DNA of 64,000 nt, taken from the NCBI GenBank assembly GCA_004764695.1, contig SMSO01000014.1, positions 243,648-307,647 on the forward strand, given 5' to 3'. The notes under the pieces are model-generated. The model saw only the letters and a list, made by a program, of their open reading frames with translations, was not told where the DNA came from and searched no databases. Of this stretch, positions 46,792-57,547 are shown piece after piece (within the stretch, counting starts at the first letter, position 1; each line of letters opens with the position of its first letter). Source of the DNA: Schizochytrium sp. TIO01. Its lineage: Eukaryota; Protista; Bigyra: Labyrinthulomycetes. The position numbers were made by a program, and so were the translations under genes.

Positions 46792-48507
46792 CTAAACACT
46801 TTCGTTGCGAAACCAAGGGTGGGCACCTGCCTCTGCGGCAGATACACGCTTTGAGGGGTCAGTTGTCAACATTCTTCGGATCAGATCTTTAGCTGCAGGG
46901 CTGATATCTTTCCATGCCGACATTTCAAACGAAACTGAGCCAATCAAAATCTCACGATACAAGACGGAAACGTCTTCGGCCGAATCTGCTCCGAAGGGCG
47001 GAGAGCCGCACAATAGCACATACATAACAACACCAGCGCTCCAAATGTCAACTTGAGGGCCATAGCCCTTGCCCAGTAGAACTTCAGGCGCAACGTAGTA
47101 GTCGGTGCCACAGCTTGTGTAGGCTCGCGATCGGCCTCGGACCATTTGTTCAAGTTCCATTCTTGAAGAGCCTTGGTGCTTTTCTGACTTCTGTGAAGAA
47201 GGGCTGGTCGTTGATGTTGCACCACCATAACTGTGATCATCCTCACCATTACTGGCTGCCGTAGAATCATCTCCTGCCACAGACATTTCAGACATAGCAG
47301 GAACCATGGCCTCCGCCGAAAGGGCAGGATTGCGCTTTGAAGAGCCGACAGAGTTCGATTCTTTTGCATTATTTGCTTGCTGCTTTTGTTCTTTCGCCAA
47401 ATAGTATCCCTTTGCAGCAGCCACAAGATTGGCATCAACCTCAACAGAGTCCTCCACGCGCGCTGTACCAAGATTCTTGGCGAGTCCAAAGTCGCTAAGT
47501 TTGATATTAGTGTCAACCTCCCTGGACGTGAGAAGGATGTTCTCAGGTTTTACATCACGATGGATAACCCCCTGACCGTGAAGGTACTTGAGAGCATCGA
47601 GTAGGGTACGCATAAGCCTCTTTGTCTCAGACTCTGTATACCTAATCTTCTGCACAATTCGTTCATACAGGTCTCCACCTAACGCCAGATCCATGAGAAG
47701 AAGCAATTCATCACTCGTCTCAGCGACTTCGTGCAGCCTCACCAAGCCCTGGTGTCTCGCAGTCTTGAGAATCGAAATCTCCTCCACCACCCTTGCTCTC
47801 TGCGTGATCTTGCTCTTGCTCATTACTTTACACGCAAAGAGCTCTCCCGTCTGCCGGCACCGGGCAGCTCTCACTAACGATGTCGTTCCACGTCCAAGAA
47901 CTTCACCAACCTCGAACCTTCTTGAGAATTCCTCTCTTGACAGGGGCTTCACATCACTCGGCACAAACTCTTCCTCCTCTACATGCCTGTAATGTGCCGA
48001 CAATGTCAACGGGGTTAATGGTGCTGCAGGCGGGGCTTTTGCTGAAGACCCTCTCGAGGATGCTGCTCCCTGAGATCTTCCAGGGGTCGTGGGGGTTCTT
48101 GGGGTCATTGGAGTACTTGGCGTTTTCGGACCTGGCGTTGTTGGTGTTCTTGGTGTCGTTGTTGGTGTTCTCCGGGTCATTACTGCATGCATAGGGCTTC
48201 CCGAGATGGCCGCCGGTGCAGTCGCTCGCATTCTGAGCCTATCCATGGCTGGCTGTCTAGATCTAGGTCTCCTAAGAGGCAGCGCGGGATGGTTGAGCGT
48301 AAGTCCTGAGGAAGACGCTGAGGTTGCCGATGTCGCCGGAGAGCGTGGCCTCCCATGGCCGCCATGCGACCCCGACGCCGATTTCGGCATCGCAGACCGC
48401 CTCCACCACGCTGCTTGAGCAGCCCAAAGCCGCCTGCCCGGCCCTGGACCGCCCGAGCGCAGCACACGCCGTCGCTCTTCAAGGTCTGCGCTCGCGCGCG
48501 CCAGCAT
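46792..48507 (-). CDS. Ser/Thr protein kinase, CAMK-like, with a ~117-aa activation-loop insert
   Basis: GRGTTS, ACK, alphaC Glu (EEISIL), GGDL, HRDVKPEN, DFG, TSCGT..YVAPE, DIWSAG, AKDLI...R...HPWF. First ATG is at 48507 (the track start 48543 is TTG); alternative start at 48390. Confidence 0.93.
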   Translation of the reverse strand: MLARASADLEERRRVLRSGGPGPGRRLWAAQAAWWRRSAMPKSASGSHGGHGRPRSPATSATSASSSGLTLNHPALPLRRPRSRQPAMDRLRMRATAPAAISGSPMHAVMTRRTPTTTPRTPTTPGPKTPSTPMTPRTPTTPGRSQGAASSRGSSAKAPPAAPLTPLTLSAHYRHVEEEEFVPSDVKPLSREEFSRRFEVGEVLGRGTTSLVRAARCRQTGELFACKVMSKSKITQRARVVEEISILKTARHQGLVRLHEVAETSDELLLLMDLALGGDLYERIVQKIRYTESETKRLMRTLLDALKYLHGQGVIHRDVKPENILLTSREVDTNIKLSDFGLAKNLGTARVEDSVEVDANLVAAAKGYYLAKEQKQQANNAKESNSVGSSKRNPALSAEAMVPAMSEMSVAGDDSTAASNGEDDHSYGGATSTTSPSSQKSEKHQGSSRMELEQMVRGRSRAYTSCGTDYYVAPEVLLGKGYGPQVDIWSAGVVMYVLLCGSPPFGADSAEDVSVLYREILIGSVSFEMSAWKDISPAAKDLIRRMLTTDPSKRVSAAEAGAHPWFRNESV

Positions 48508-49641
48508 CGGCGAAGCGGACTCCGCAAGATCCCAAAGATACAAACCGGACTTTCGTTACGCTTTTAGTATCTTCCTTTCGTTACCTCTTCGGTAATCAAA
48601 TACCGCCCTTGGAACGATCAAAGAATCCTCAATAATCTTTGTGCCACTGTAGACTATAGGCCGCCGTGAAGTAGAGTAAAGGGCCTCCCAAATAGGATAT
48701 AGGATCCCACAAGTGAAGTATAGATCAGAAAGAAGAGTAAGCGGTGATTGAAAAGAAACACAATGAAAGAATGAAACAACTTGCGCCACGCCTTGAGTCC
48801 TGCCCACCGGAGGTCGCTGTCTGGCGGCAGGCGGCAGGCAGGGGGGCAGGGGGCCACTTGGTTCAACGCCTATATGTAAGGTGCAGCCGGAGCCTCAGTC
48901 AGTCGACGGATCGCCTGGCGGCAGCGCTCGCAAAACGCCACGGTCCACGGCAGGAGCGTCTGATTCGGGTTTGGTGCGTGCGATTTATTTGCTCTTCTGT
49001 TTCTTTCAATTTTTAATTTTTTTAAGTTAATTACATAAAAAAGAAAAGAGTTTTTTCTTTTCTTTTTCTCATTATTTATCTATTCTTATCATGAACTATA
49101 GGGAAAACCTCACCTCTTTACTTTGATAAAAATTTCAAGAGTCTCCTCATTTCTACGATGAGAACTTCGATCGCTCCCATATAATCAAAGGCGGAACTAA
49201 GCCACTCCGAGGATACCCGTGCTTGCATATCTGCTTTTCTGCGTGTGGCCATAGCGCCTCCCTCGCAGTCAGTCCTCATCGCCGAGTCATCGGCTCGCCC
49301 CTGCCTTGATTGACTCCATCGCAAGGAGTCGTACGTATCCTTTGAAAGACTTTCACTGAGCTGGCGTGGCATGAGAGGAATACATTCTATAATTAAAGTG
49401 ATACCAATGGATCTAAACCGAATGAGTGAATGAACGAATCAGTCAATCAATGAATCAATCAATGACTCAATCAATCCATCGGTCCATCAACCAGCCAATC
49501 AATCAGCGAAGCAAGCTCTTCGAGCCCAAGCTTGGGTAGCGCTACGGAGGCGGGAAACCGCTGACTGTCTCGAGCAAATCGTTGAAGATCGAAGGCGCTG
49601 ACAGCAGCAATGCCTGTCGATTGATTAGAGACAAGCAGGGC

Positions 49642-49704
<63 letters not shown>

Positions 49705-49705
49705 A
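49642..49705. repeat. (AGAA)n microsatellite
   Basis: About 16 perfect units. Confidence 0.92.
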
Positions 49706-52700
49706 GTAAGTGCCCGCGAGGATACGCCGATGCCAAGTCCACGAAGTCTGCGAATTGGCCTTCGTCTCGGCTGCTGTAGGGCTGGGTGTAAGTTGCCCGT
49801 CGCCCTCGGGTCCTTGGGCACAGCTCGCGTGGCCCTGTACGCCGCAAGCCCGGCCAGGATCCACACCCCAAAGCCATGGATGGAATTGCCGGTTCTTGCG
49901 CGGAAACCACCCAATTGGGGCCAAAGATAGGCTTATTATCAGTTATGTGTCTCTCTACTTCTACTATCTATTGGTTTCTTTTTATCTCTTTGTTAGTCAG
50001 TCAGTCAGTCAGTCTGTTTATTTATTTATCTATTCATTTGTTTATTTGTTTATTTATTTATTTATTTGTTTATTTATTTGTTTATCTATCTATCGATTGT
50101 TCAATCAACAATCGACGCCAAGAACCAACTACGCAGACCCAAGCAGCGACCTCGAGGCTCGCGAGGAGGTTTATGGACGCGACGGCGGGTGCAAGTGTGC
50201 CTCTGTAGCCTTTGGGAGCAGCAGGGAGCGGGTCCTGAGCATGTGGAGTGCGGAGCGAGGTTTTCACGGCACTTGGGATTCAAGCTTGAACGAGTTTTGC
50301 TTGCAAGAACGACTGCAGACTCGGACCTCCGAAACGCCAAACAGCGTAGGAAAACGCAGAAGATATGTGAGAGGTTGGGTGTGAGCTTGAGGGGGCTTCG
50401 CGGCTGCAAACCCAAGTACCACCCGAGGGGTGATCGGCTTTGGTGGACTTGTATCAGGAGCTTGCGAAATGCAAGGAGCCGCAGCTGGGCCCTCCGATAT
50501 TTAGTTTCATCGATTGAAGAATTACTGTTACTACTATTATTACCATCACTCACTGCCAATAGAAAATAATAAAAATAAAGTTATTTATAACTTTATTTCT
50601 AAAAGGAAACTTTCCTTTCGTTTCTTTTCTTTTTATTCAAAGAAATCTTTTCTCGCTAGGTTACGCTAGATCCGGACGATGCCAGATTAAGTGGTACATC
50701 GACCACCATCGCACTGGCGCTCAGGAGCCCGAAAGGCAAACTCGAGCGCCGCCGCAGACACGTACATATGATATCCTGCTTTGCGCCCTGACTCATTTCC
50801 TCGTGACTCACAGTTCGCAATCCGTGATTTGTAATTTTATATCTGTGATTTGGCACGAAACAATTATGAGAAAGACACATCAAACTTGACCTCGCTGTGG
50901 ACGTATGTATGTATGCATGTTCTTCAGTGCAGAAGCTGGCACCTTGGTCTTCACGATGGATACTACTTCATTCAGACACGGCAGGCAGCCAGCTCTGGGC
51001 AATGTCCTGGGCGCCCTCGCGATTCTTTTCGCGCGGACTTCATTGTCAAATGGCAAGATGGAGAGCAACTGTGATGGTCTCTCTAGGCTGGTATGCCTAC
51101 AGTTTACCATAGAACTACCTACCAACCTGTGAAGGTCCCATGGGACCACTCTCCACACCGAGCTTGGTTTAAGTTCCTTCTCTCCCCCAAATGAAGTGTT
51201 CAAAAGGGGAAAGGAACAGATAATCTCTAAGCCACTCCTACTCACAGATAGCGGTTTGCCAAAAGATTAAGGCCAAGTGAGAAAGAAAACAAAACAAACA
51301 AACAAACAAACAAACAAACAAACAAACAAAAACATCTTTTCTTTCTTTCCTTTTTCTTTACCGATTCGCGGACTGAAAGCTTTACTGGCGCTACACCAGA
51401 GCGATAACCTGCCTTGAATTCTTCAGACAAGCATCAAGACCAGGCCAGGGCCTGTTTCTTTCATGATTTTGGTCTCGTTTGCACTAGATACGCCCGAGAG
51501 GAGTAGGCACCTTCATTTTCTTTGTGGCCACTCCATGCTGGTGAAAGAGGAGATAGTTCCGATGTACGGTCTTCTTGTTCTTTTTAAGGCTAACTACTAA
51601 GCTAACCTAGTGTTAATAGTAGTATTGTTACCTTTGCAAAAGTTGGGTGGTTCACAAAGAGACGACCCCTGATTAACCTCGAAGTCAGGTTGCTGTGGAA
51701 AAGGCCAGACGCCACGGCTCGTGCCTTTGTGCAGTCTAAAAGAAATGCTTAGTGTCTACCGGGTGTATGGACGCTTTGGAGTTATATCCAGCAAGAGTAC
51801 AACACCAATGATAGAGGTGGCCACCATTGTGCCCATATGTACAGCAGATGAATGCCAAATGCTCGTTGCGGCGCGTGGTGTAAAACCTCGTGAAGCCTGG
51901 AAAGGCCTTGCCAAGGCTCAGTATAGTTTACTCTACTGACCTTGTCATTTTTTTTCTTTATAATCCACGCATGGGCGAGTCCCAGTGTGGATTGCCGCAA
52001 GACACCATCGTCGAAAGTCCTAGGTAGGGTAGTTCTGCGCAATTCCACCCAATTCCTGCTCACCTCATGCCTCCAATCATGCAGAAAACAGCTGTTTAAG
52101 ATATTGCATAGACCAAGCGAAAACCAAGTTGAGAAGTCCAAAACAAAACCTAACAGGAAGGATACATCGTTGAGTCTACATATATATATATATATATATA
52201 TATCACAGCGGAGCAGGAAAAGCTCTAGGTAAACATGATGGGTTCGTATGGAATTTCCCAATGTGCAAAAGCTAAATCACGATCGAGCGAGAGATTTAGG
52301 AGAGTGAGCGAGCGAGTGAGTGAAGCGAAACGAAGAGCAATCAAATCTGCGACTCGTGCAAATCGATTCTCAGTTTCTTATGCACCAGAGTACTTATTAG
52401 CGATGAGCTGCGAAGAAAAACTTTGTTGCACTATAAATAAAAACCACTAAAAGGTGCGGAATTAGAATTTATCGAGGCCGCATCGAGAGCCCACGCTGGT
52501 GCGGCGACCAACTTATTAGTTATCGTTCAGCATTCACAGGTCCCGTCAGAGGCGAACTCGTAGATGCCGTACAACAGTACCCAGAAGATCAATACTCAAT
52601 ATAAATCCATTCAGGAACATGCGGCGTCGATTACATTGCCAAGCTCATCACTCCTAAGAATGACTCGAAAAGGTATGAGCCACGGGCGATCGCAAGCTCC

Positions 52701-53230
52701 AAAATACAATCGTTGTGTACGAGGCACCGCGGCCTTCATGTCCTATTCTGCTTATTCGGTGGTAGGCACTTGTTCTACAACTTAATCGTCGTGGTCATGT
52801 ACCACAGCAACGCACTGTTCAGAATACCGATGACATCAGCATGCAGCATTAACAGCTGTTGAGACGCTGCTTACCATCACATTCGATTGAGTAACTTCCC
52901 CATTGATGACGAGCAAGCGGTGCGGGTAATTGACTTCGGCATGGTCAGTCAGGGTTGGAGCAAGTGGCAAACTGACTGCAGGTGACAATGCATCATTTGA
53001 AAAAGTAGATTTGTCAAACTAAAACAAATTAAAACCAAAGTTCAATTTCGCTAGTTAGTTTCATTTAAAATGGGGCGCGGCGAAAATTCGCCGCCTAAAT
53101 ACTCGCACATTGCGGGAAGTGGCGCTTATAGAATACGCATGCGCGGAAGCGCTGTGCACTTCTCTCAATAATGTCGTTTTGATTTCGTAATGAGTCATAG
53201 CGCCAAAGCCAACAAACTTCCATCCTGAAT

Positions 53231-54971
53231 ATGAAGCTACTGTTCAGTTCACTTTTGAACAATATGGAACACTACTACCCAAGAAAGAGGCCTAAGTGGA
53301 CCAACAAAGTGGTTCAAATTACTGTGTTCCAAAGCGTGAATCGCCGCCGTCGCATGCGGCTGGCGCTGCCTCGGCAACTCTACAGTACCCTCGCCGTTCA
53401 CAGGGCACCCTCAAAGCTCTGCATACCCCCTTTGGCGTGCCTTCATATTTACTTCGATCTGGACAAACCGTGGATCGGCCGAAGATTGCTCTCGAGCGTG
53501 ACCCAGACGGGTGGTTTTGACAAGACCAGAATACTTGTTGGTGGAAAGGGCATCATGACAGACTCTGAAGCGTTCGCATCTGATGCGCCAGGATGGCGCC
53601 AAAAGGCATCCGAAACGGCCCCCGGAGCCAAGCTTGAAGACACGGAGGAGCTCGGCCCGATTTGCTACCGCTGCAAAGGCTCAAAGGAAACCCTTAAAAA
53701 GGTCCTCGTAGAGGCCAAAAGTGCGGACGATAACAGCGAAGATGCAACTGCTGGCGATGATAAAAATGAGGATCAAACCGAAGATGTTAAGGAAAGCAAT
53801 GGAGACGAGCAGAAGAAGAAAAAGAAGAAGATGAAGAAGGAGCTCATTAAGGTCACATGCCCTATCTGCAATGGACTTGGTCGTATCAAGAAGAAGCGCA
53901 AGGAGGTTCTCCACGCGACCAAGGCGGGCAAGGCCAGCTCTCGCAAGCGTAAGATTCCTGAAGGGTGGGTTGTTCCTGGACCTCAAGCAAAGTAAGTTTA
54001 TTTCACACAGACGGCATTCGCCCCTGAACGCAGGAACACATCAAATAAAGAAACCATCCCAAAAGACTAACAAAGATACGTTTCATAACTTGCGCACACT
54101 TGTACAAATATGAAACAGAGGAGGCGTCGAGGCTGAAATGGGCGAGGAGATTTGTGCTTTACTCGGCCATTGGCGAATTTTCCAGCGTATCGGTGGTCAC
54201 CGCTGGTCCACTGACGATCTCGTGACCGCCTGGGTGGCAGGTCGTGCATGGAAAGACGCCAAGCCCGGCCGTACTGACGAGCCTGCATACTGTCTGGATC
54301 TTGGATGTGGTATCGGATCAGTTCTCATGATGGTTGCCTGGCAGTTCAACCAAGCCAAATGTCTAGGTGTAGAGGCGCAGGTCAGAAGTGCAACCATGGC
54401 TCGCCGCTCACTCGAATACAATGGATGCACAGACCGCTGCAAGGTTGTTCAGGGAGATATCCGGGAGTACGCGGATTTTGCCGAGGCTGCTCCAGATGGA
54501 AAATTTGATCTCGTAACTGGAACCCCTCCCTATTTCCCCGTGAACTACTCCGCAGATACAGGTGTCGCGACCCCGGGTCTCGGTGGACTTCCCTCTTGTG
54601 AACAATCTGCTCCTGCTCGTTACGAGTTTCGTGGTGGTGTAGAGGCATACTGTGCCGCAGCACGCCCACGTCTTCGGTCTCGTGAGTCTCGTTTCGTTGT
54701 TTGCGAGGGTCTTCTTGGCGAAAATCACTCTCGTGTCATCAATGGTGCTCGTGAGAACGGCCTTGAGGTTTTGAAAAAGGTAGCCGTCCACGGCCGCGAT
54801 GACAAGCCTGTGCTATTTGCAGTTTATGTCATGCGTCTTGCCGAACCTGACGCTGACCCTGCTGACGCTGCAAAGTCCATGGTAGAAGAGACTCTGATCA
54901 TTCGCCACAAAGGTGGCAAACGCTCCGACGCATATGTATCTCTTATGGCCGACCTTGGCATCCCGCCCTAA
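53231..54971 (+). CDS. Two-exon DnaJ-type zinc-finger + TrmN6/YfiC-like SAM-dependent adenine-N6 methyltransferase
   Basis: Intron 53992-54118 (AA|GTAAGT...GACTAAC...AACAG|A) fuses the two ORFs in frame (PGPQAK-GGVEAEMGEE). CYRCKG...CPICNGLG; FQRIGGHRWSTDD, LDLGCGIG, VEAQ, GDIR, FDLVTGTPPYF, ARYE. Start uncertain (ATG 53231, 53354 or 53555). Confidence 0.85.
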
Positions 54972-56053
54972 GAAGCTTGAGCATAGCCTCGTACTAAACG
55001 AGAGTGTGACTGTTTTGTGACTGATCACTAGACTCACTTACAGACCTGCACATTTCAACATAAACAAATCAACAAACGCAAAACCCAAGTATCCGCACCG
55101 AACAATTGTTCCTATTTCTCGTCGGTCTCTCTTCTTTTTCATGAGTGGCTTTATCCTTAACCTGAATGTTGGGAATATTAGTTGCTCTAATTTGTGGTAT
55201 TGTCTTTTGTCAACGTATCAAAGCGTCTAATACGTACATTTACTGCAATAGAATCCTTAATAGATTATCCCAGACGATTTTCCCCCATTTACTAGTCCTA
55301 GTTTTTTTGGTTTCTTTTTTCCTCGCATCTTTTATATGAACAAGATGCACTGTAATATCGCAGACGAACTTAAGATCTCCTTATAAGCGGCGCTCTACTT
55401 GATTCTGGATGAAATGGACTTGCTTGAGTTTTGACTGAAGTCGGACTATCATTCAGGAGATAGCCAGCATCCTCCTTTTCACATTCAGCACAGTACATTT
55501 ATATTTTTTTAAACCACAAGAATACAGTGAGTGTCCTTCTAGTAGGCCCGTCTACTTCTTTTCATCCGAATGGCAATTATCTCCTTTTGGATCTCCCTCC
55601 CTACATGAGCTTGCATTACTTTACTCTGGCATGATAACTAATCGCCTTGTTCGTACTTCTTTTCATCGTAACAGTAGTTTAAAGGTTCCTATGCAACTGA
55701 AGATGAGGTTACCAACCGAACTATCGTGACCACGACAATCGCAGCTCGCTCCATAGCATCTCCACTAAAACGAGCCTGCAGCTCAGCATTATATGTGATT
55801 TCGATCCTACACGCTGATCGCGATCCATCAAGGTGGCTCATAAGGATGACGTTGGTCTTGAGAATAAAATTTGATTCGTTGGAAACAACAAAACAAAGAA
55901 AAACTGAAGTCAAGATACAAGAGCTTTCGTAATTAGGTTTTACTGTAACAGTATGTATAGGCCCAGCTTTTAGAATATGGGCCCAGAAACAATCAGAAAG
56001 ATCATTGTCGTCTGGACGCAGAACCTGAATCAAAAGTGGGACTGTGGCGCGCA

Positions 56054-57547
56054 ATGGAAAGTGGGTGTCACGCCGAAGATGTCGTGGAGGACGCCCTGAG
56101 CAAGTTCTCTGCAGCAGCAGACCTTGAGGCCCGTCTGGACGTTGATGCTCGCCTAAAACACGACCCCAAGGCCGTCGCGGATGACAACGAAGCCGCAACC
56201 ACGGCAGCTGCCGCCACAGATGCATACATGAGTGCATGTGCAAGCCTGATGAGCGTACTGCCGCAGTTTTCAGAGGCTTCAAATGTGCAGGATTTGTTTT
56301 CTCGCAATATCCTTTTCATGATGGGCAGAATTGAGCAGCTTAGCGAATTACAGCAGCGACGAGGCAGCATCAGCGGCAGGCGCATGTCCGTCTCGCCCCA
56401 GGACCGTGAGATGCAACGAGCTCGAGCCCGACTTTCGCAACCTACTGACAGCAACGAAGCAAAAAGAACACGCGTAGCACAGGAAATTCTCGAGACTGAA
56501 CGAACCTATGTTAAGGCACTCAAATCATTGCATCAATACTATATTATCCCTCTCTGCGAACACCTCCAAAGTGACCAGGAACCTATCATCGATCACGCAC
56601 AACGGTCAAATATCTTTGGCAATATTGAGGAGATTTTGGGACTTGCCCAAAGCTTCCTGCAAGCACTTGAGATTAAACTCCAAAATTGGGGACCCATGCA
56701 AACACTTGGAGATACTTTCAAGACACACGCCATGTTTTTCAAAATTTATGTCATGTACACCAACCAGTACCAAGAAGGAGTGAAAGGAATAACAAGCTTG
56801 TTAAAGTCAGATGACCGTGCCAAGCGGGTGGCTAAGCGCGCTAGCAAAGCTGGATGCCAGGATGTCTCGTCCCTCATGATTAATCCTATTCAACGTCTCC
56901 CCCGTTATGTATTGTTACTTAAGGAGTTGCGTAAGCGCACACCAGACAGTCATCCTGACGCTCAACTGCTCGAAGCTGCCCTTGCGGACATTCATGTTGT
57001 TGCTGATCACGTCAACGAGCGTCTCCGAAGTCACGAAGACAATGCAAAAATACTGGAAATTCAAAGTATGTTATGGACTGCACGACCAGGTGGCGTGCCA
57101 ATCACACTTTTGGAGCCTGGAAGACAGTTCATCCGTGAGGGTAAACTCCTCAAGGTGCGCTCAATAGGCACATTGCGTGAGGTTCATGTTTTCTTATTTA
57201 CAGATATACTCATGTACTGCTCCTCATCACGACTGCTGCCTGGAAGATATCATTACCACAATCATTTGTTTTTCTGGGGTGCATCTGTAGCAGAGCACGA
57301 GGCGCGTTCAGAGGGTGTTGATCACCCTCGTGTTGGATGTGCTTTCAAGGTTACAGCTGATAATGCAGTGCGAATTTTTATTCCAGATACCTTGCAGGAA
57401 CGTGATGAGTGGATACGGGCAATCAATGAATGTCGTGACAAAAAGCTCGATCTGGATAAACGGAAATCTTTCAAGCGTGTTTCCTTGGGCTCCCAGGCCT
57501 CCACAGCATCATACACTAGTCCAAGGAATTCTGCTTATTATCAATAA
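56054..57547 (+). CDS. Rho guanine-nucleotide exchange factor (DH-PH)
   Basis: RTRVAQEILETERTYV, IFGNIEEI, LMINPIQRLPRYVLLLKEL...TPDSHPD, PH domain FIREGKLLK...VFLFTD...ERDEWIRAI. ATG at 56054. Confidence 0.95.
   Translation: MESGCHAEDVVEDALSKFSAAADLEARLDVDARLKHDPKAVADDNEAATTAAAATDAYMSACASLMSVLPQFSEASNVQDLFSRNILFMMGRIEQLSELQQRRGSISGRRMSVSPQDREMQRARARLSQPTDSNEAKRTRVAQEILETERTYVKALKSLHQYYIIPLCEHLQSDQEPIIDHAQRSNIFGNIEEILGLAQSFLQALEIKLQNWGPMQTLGDTFKTHAMFFKIYVMYTNQYQEGVKGITSLLKSDDRAKRVAKRASKAGCQDVSSLMINPIQRLPRYVLLLKELRKRTPDSHPDAQLLEAALADIHVVADHVNERLRSHEDNAKILEIQSMLWTARPGGVPITLLEPGRQFIREGKLLKVRSIGTLREVHVFLFTDILMYCSSSRLLPGRYHYHNHLFFWGASVAEHEARSEGVDHPRVGCAFKVTADNAVRIFIPDTLQERDEWIRAINECRDKKLDLDKRKSFKRVSLGSQASTASYTSPRNSAYYQ

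Noticed and set aside
49710-50384. 224-aa ORF
   Set aside because: GTG start and reads through (TTTA)n/(TCAG)n microsatellites; not a coherent protein.
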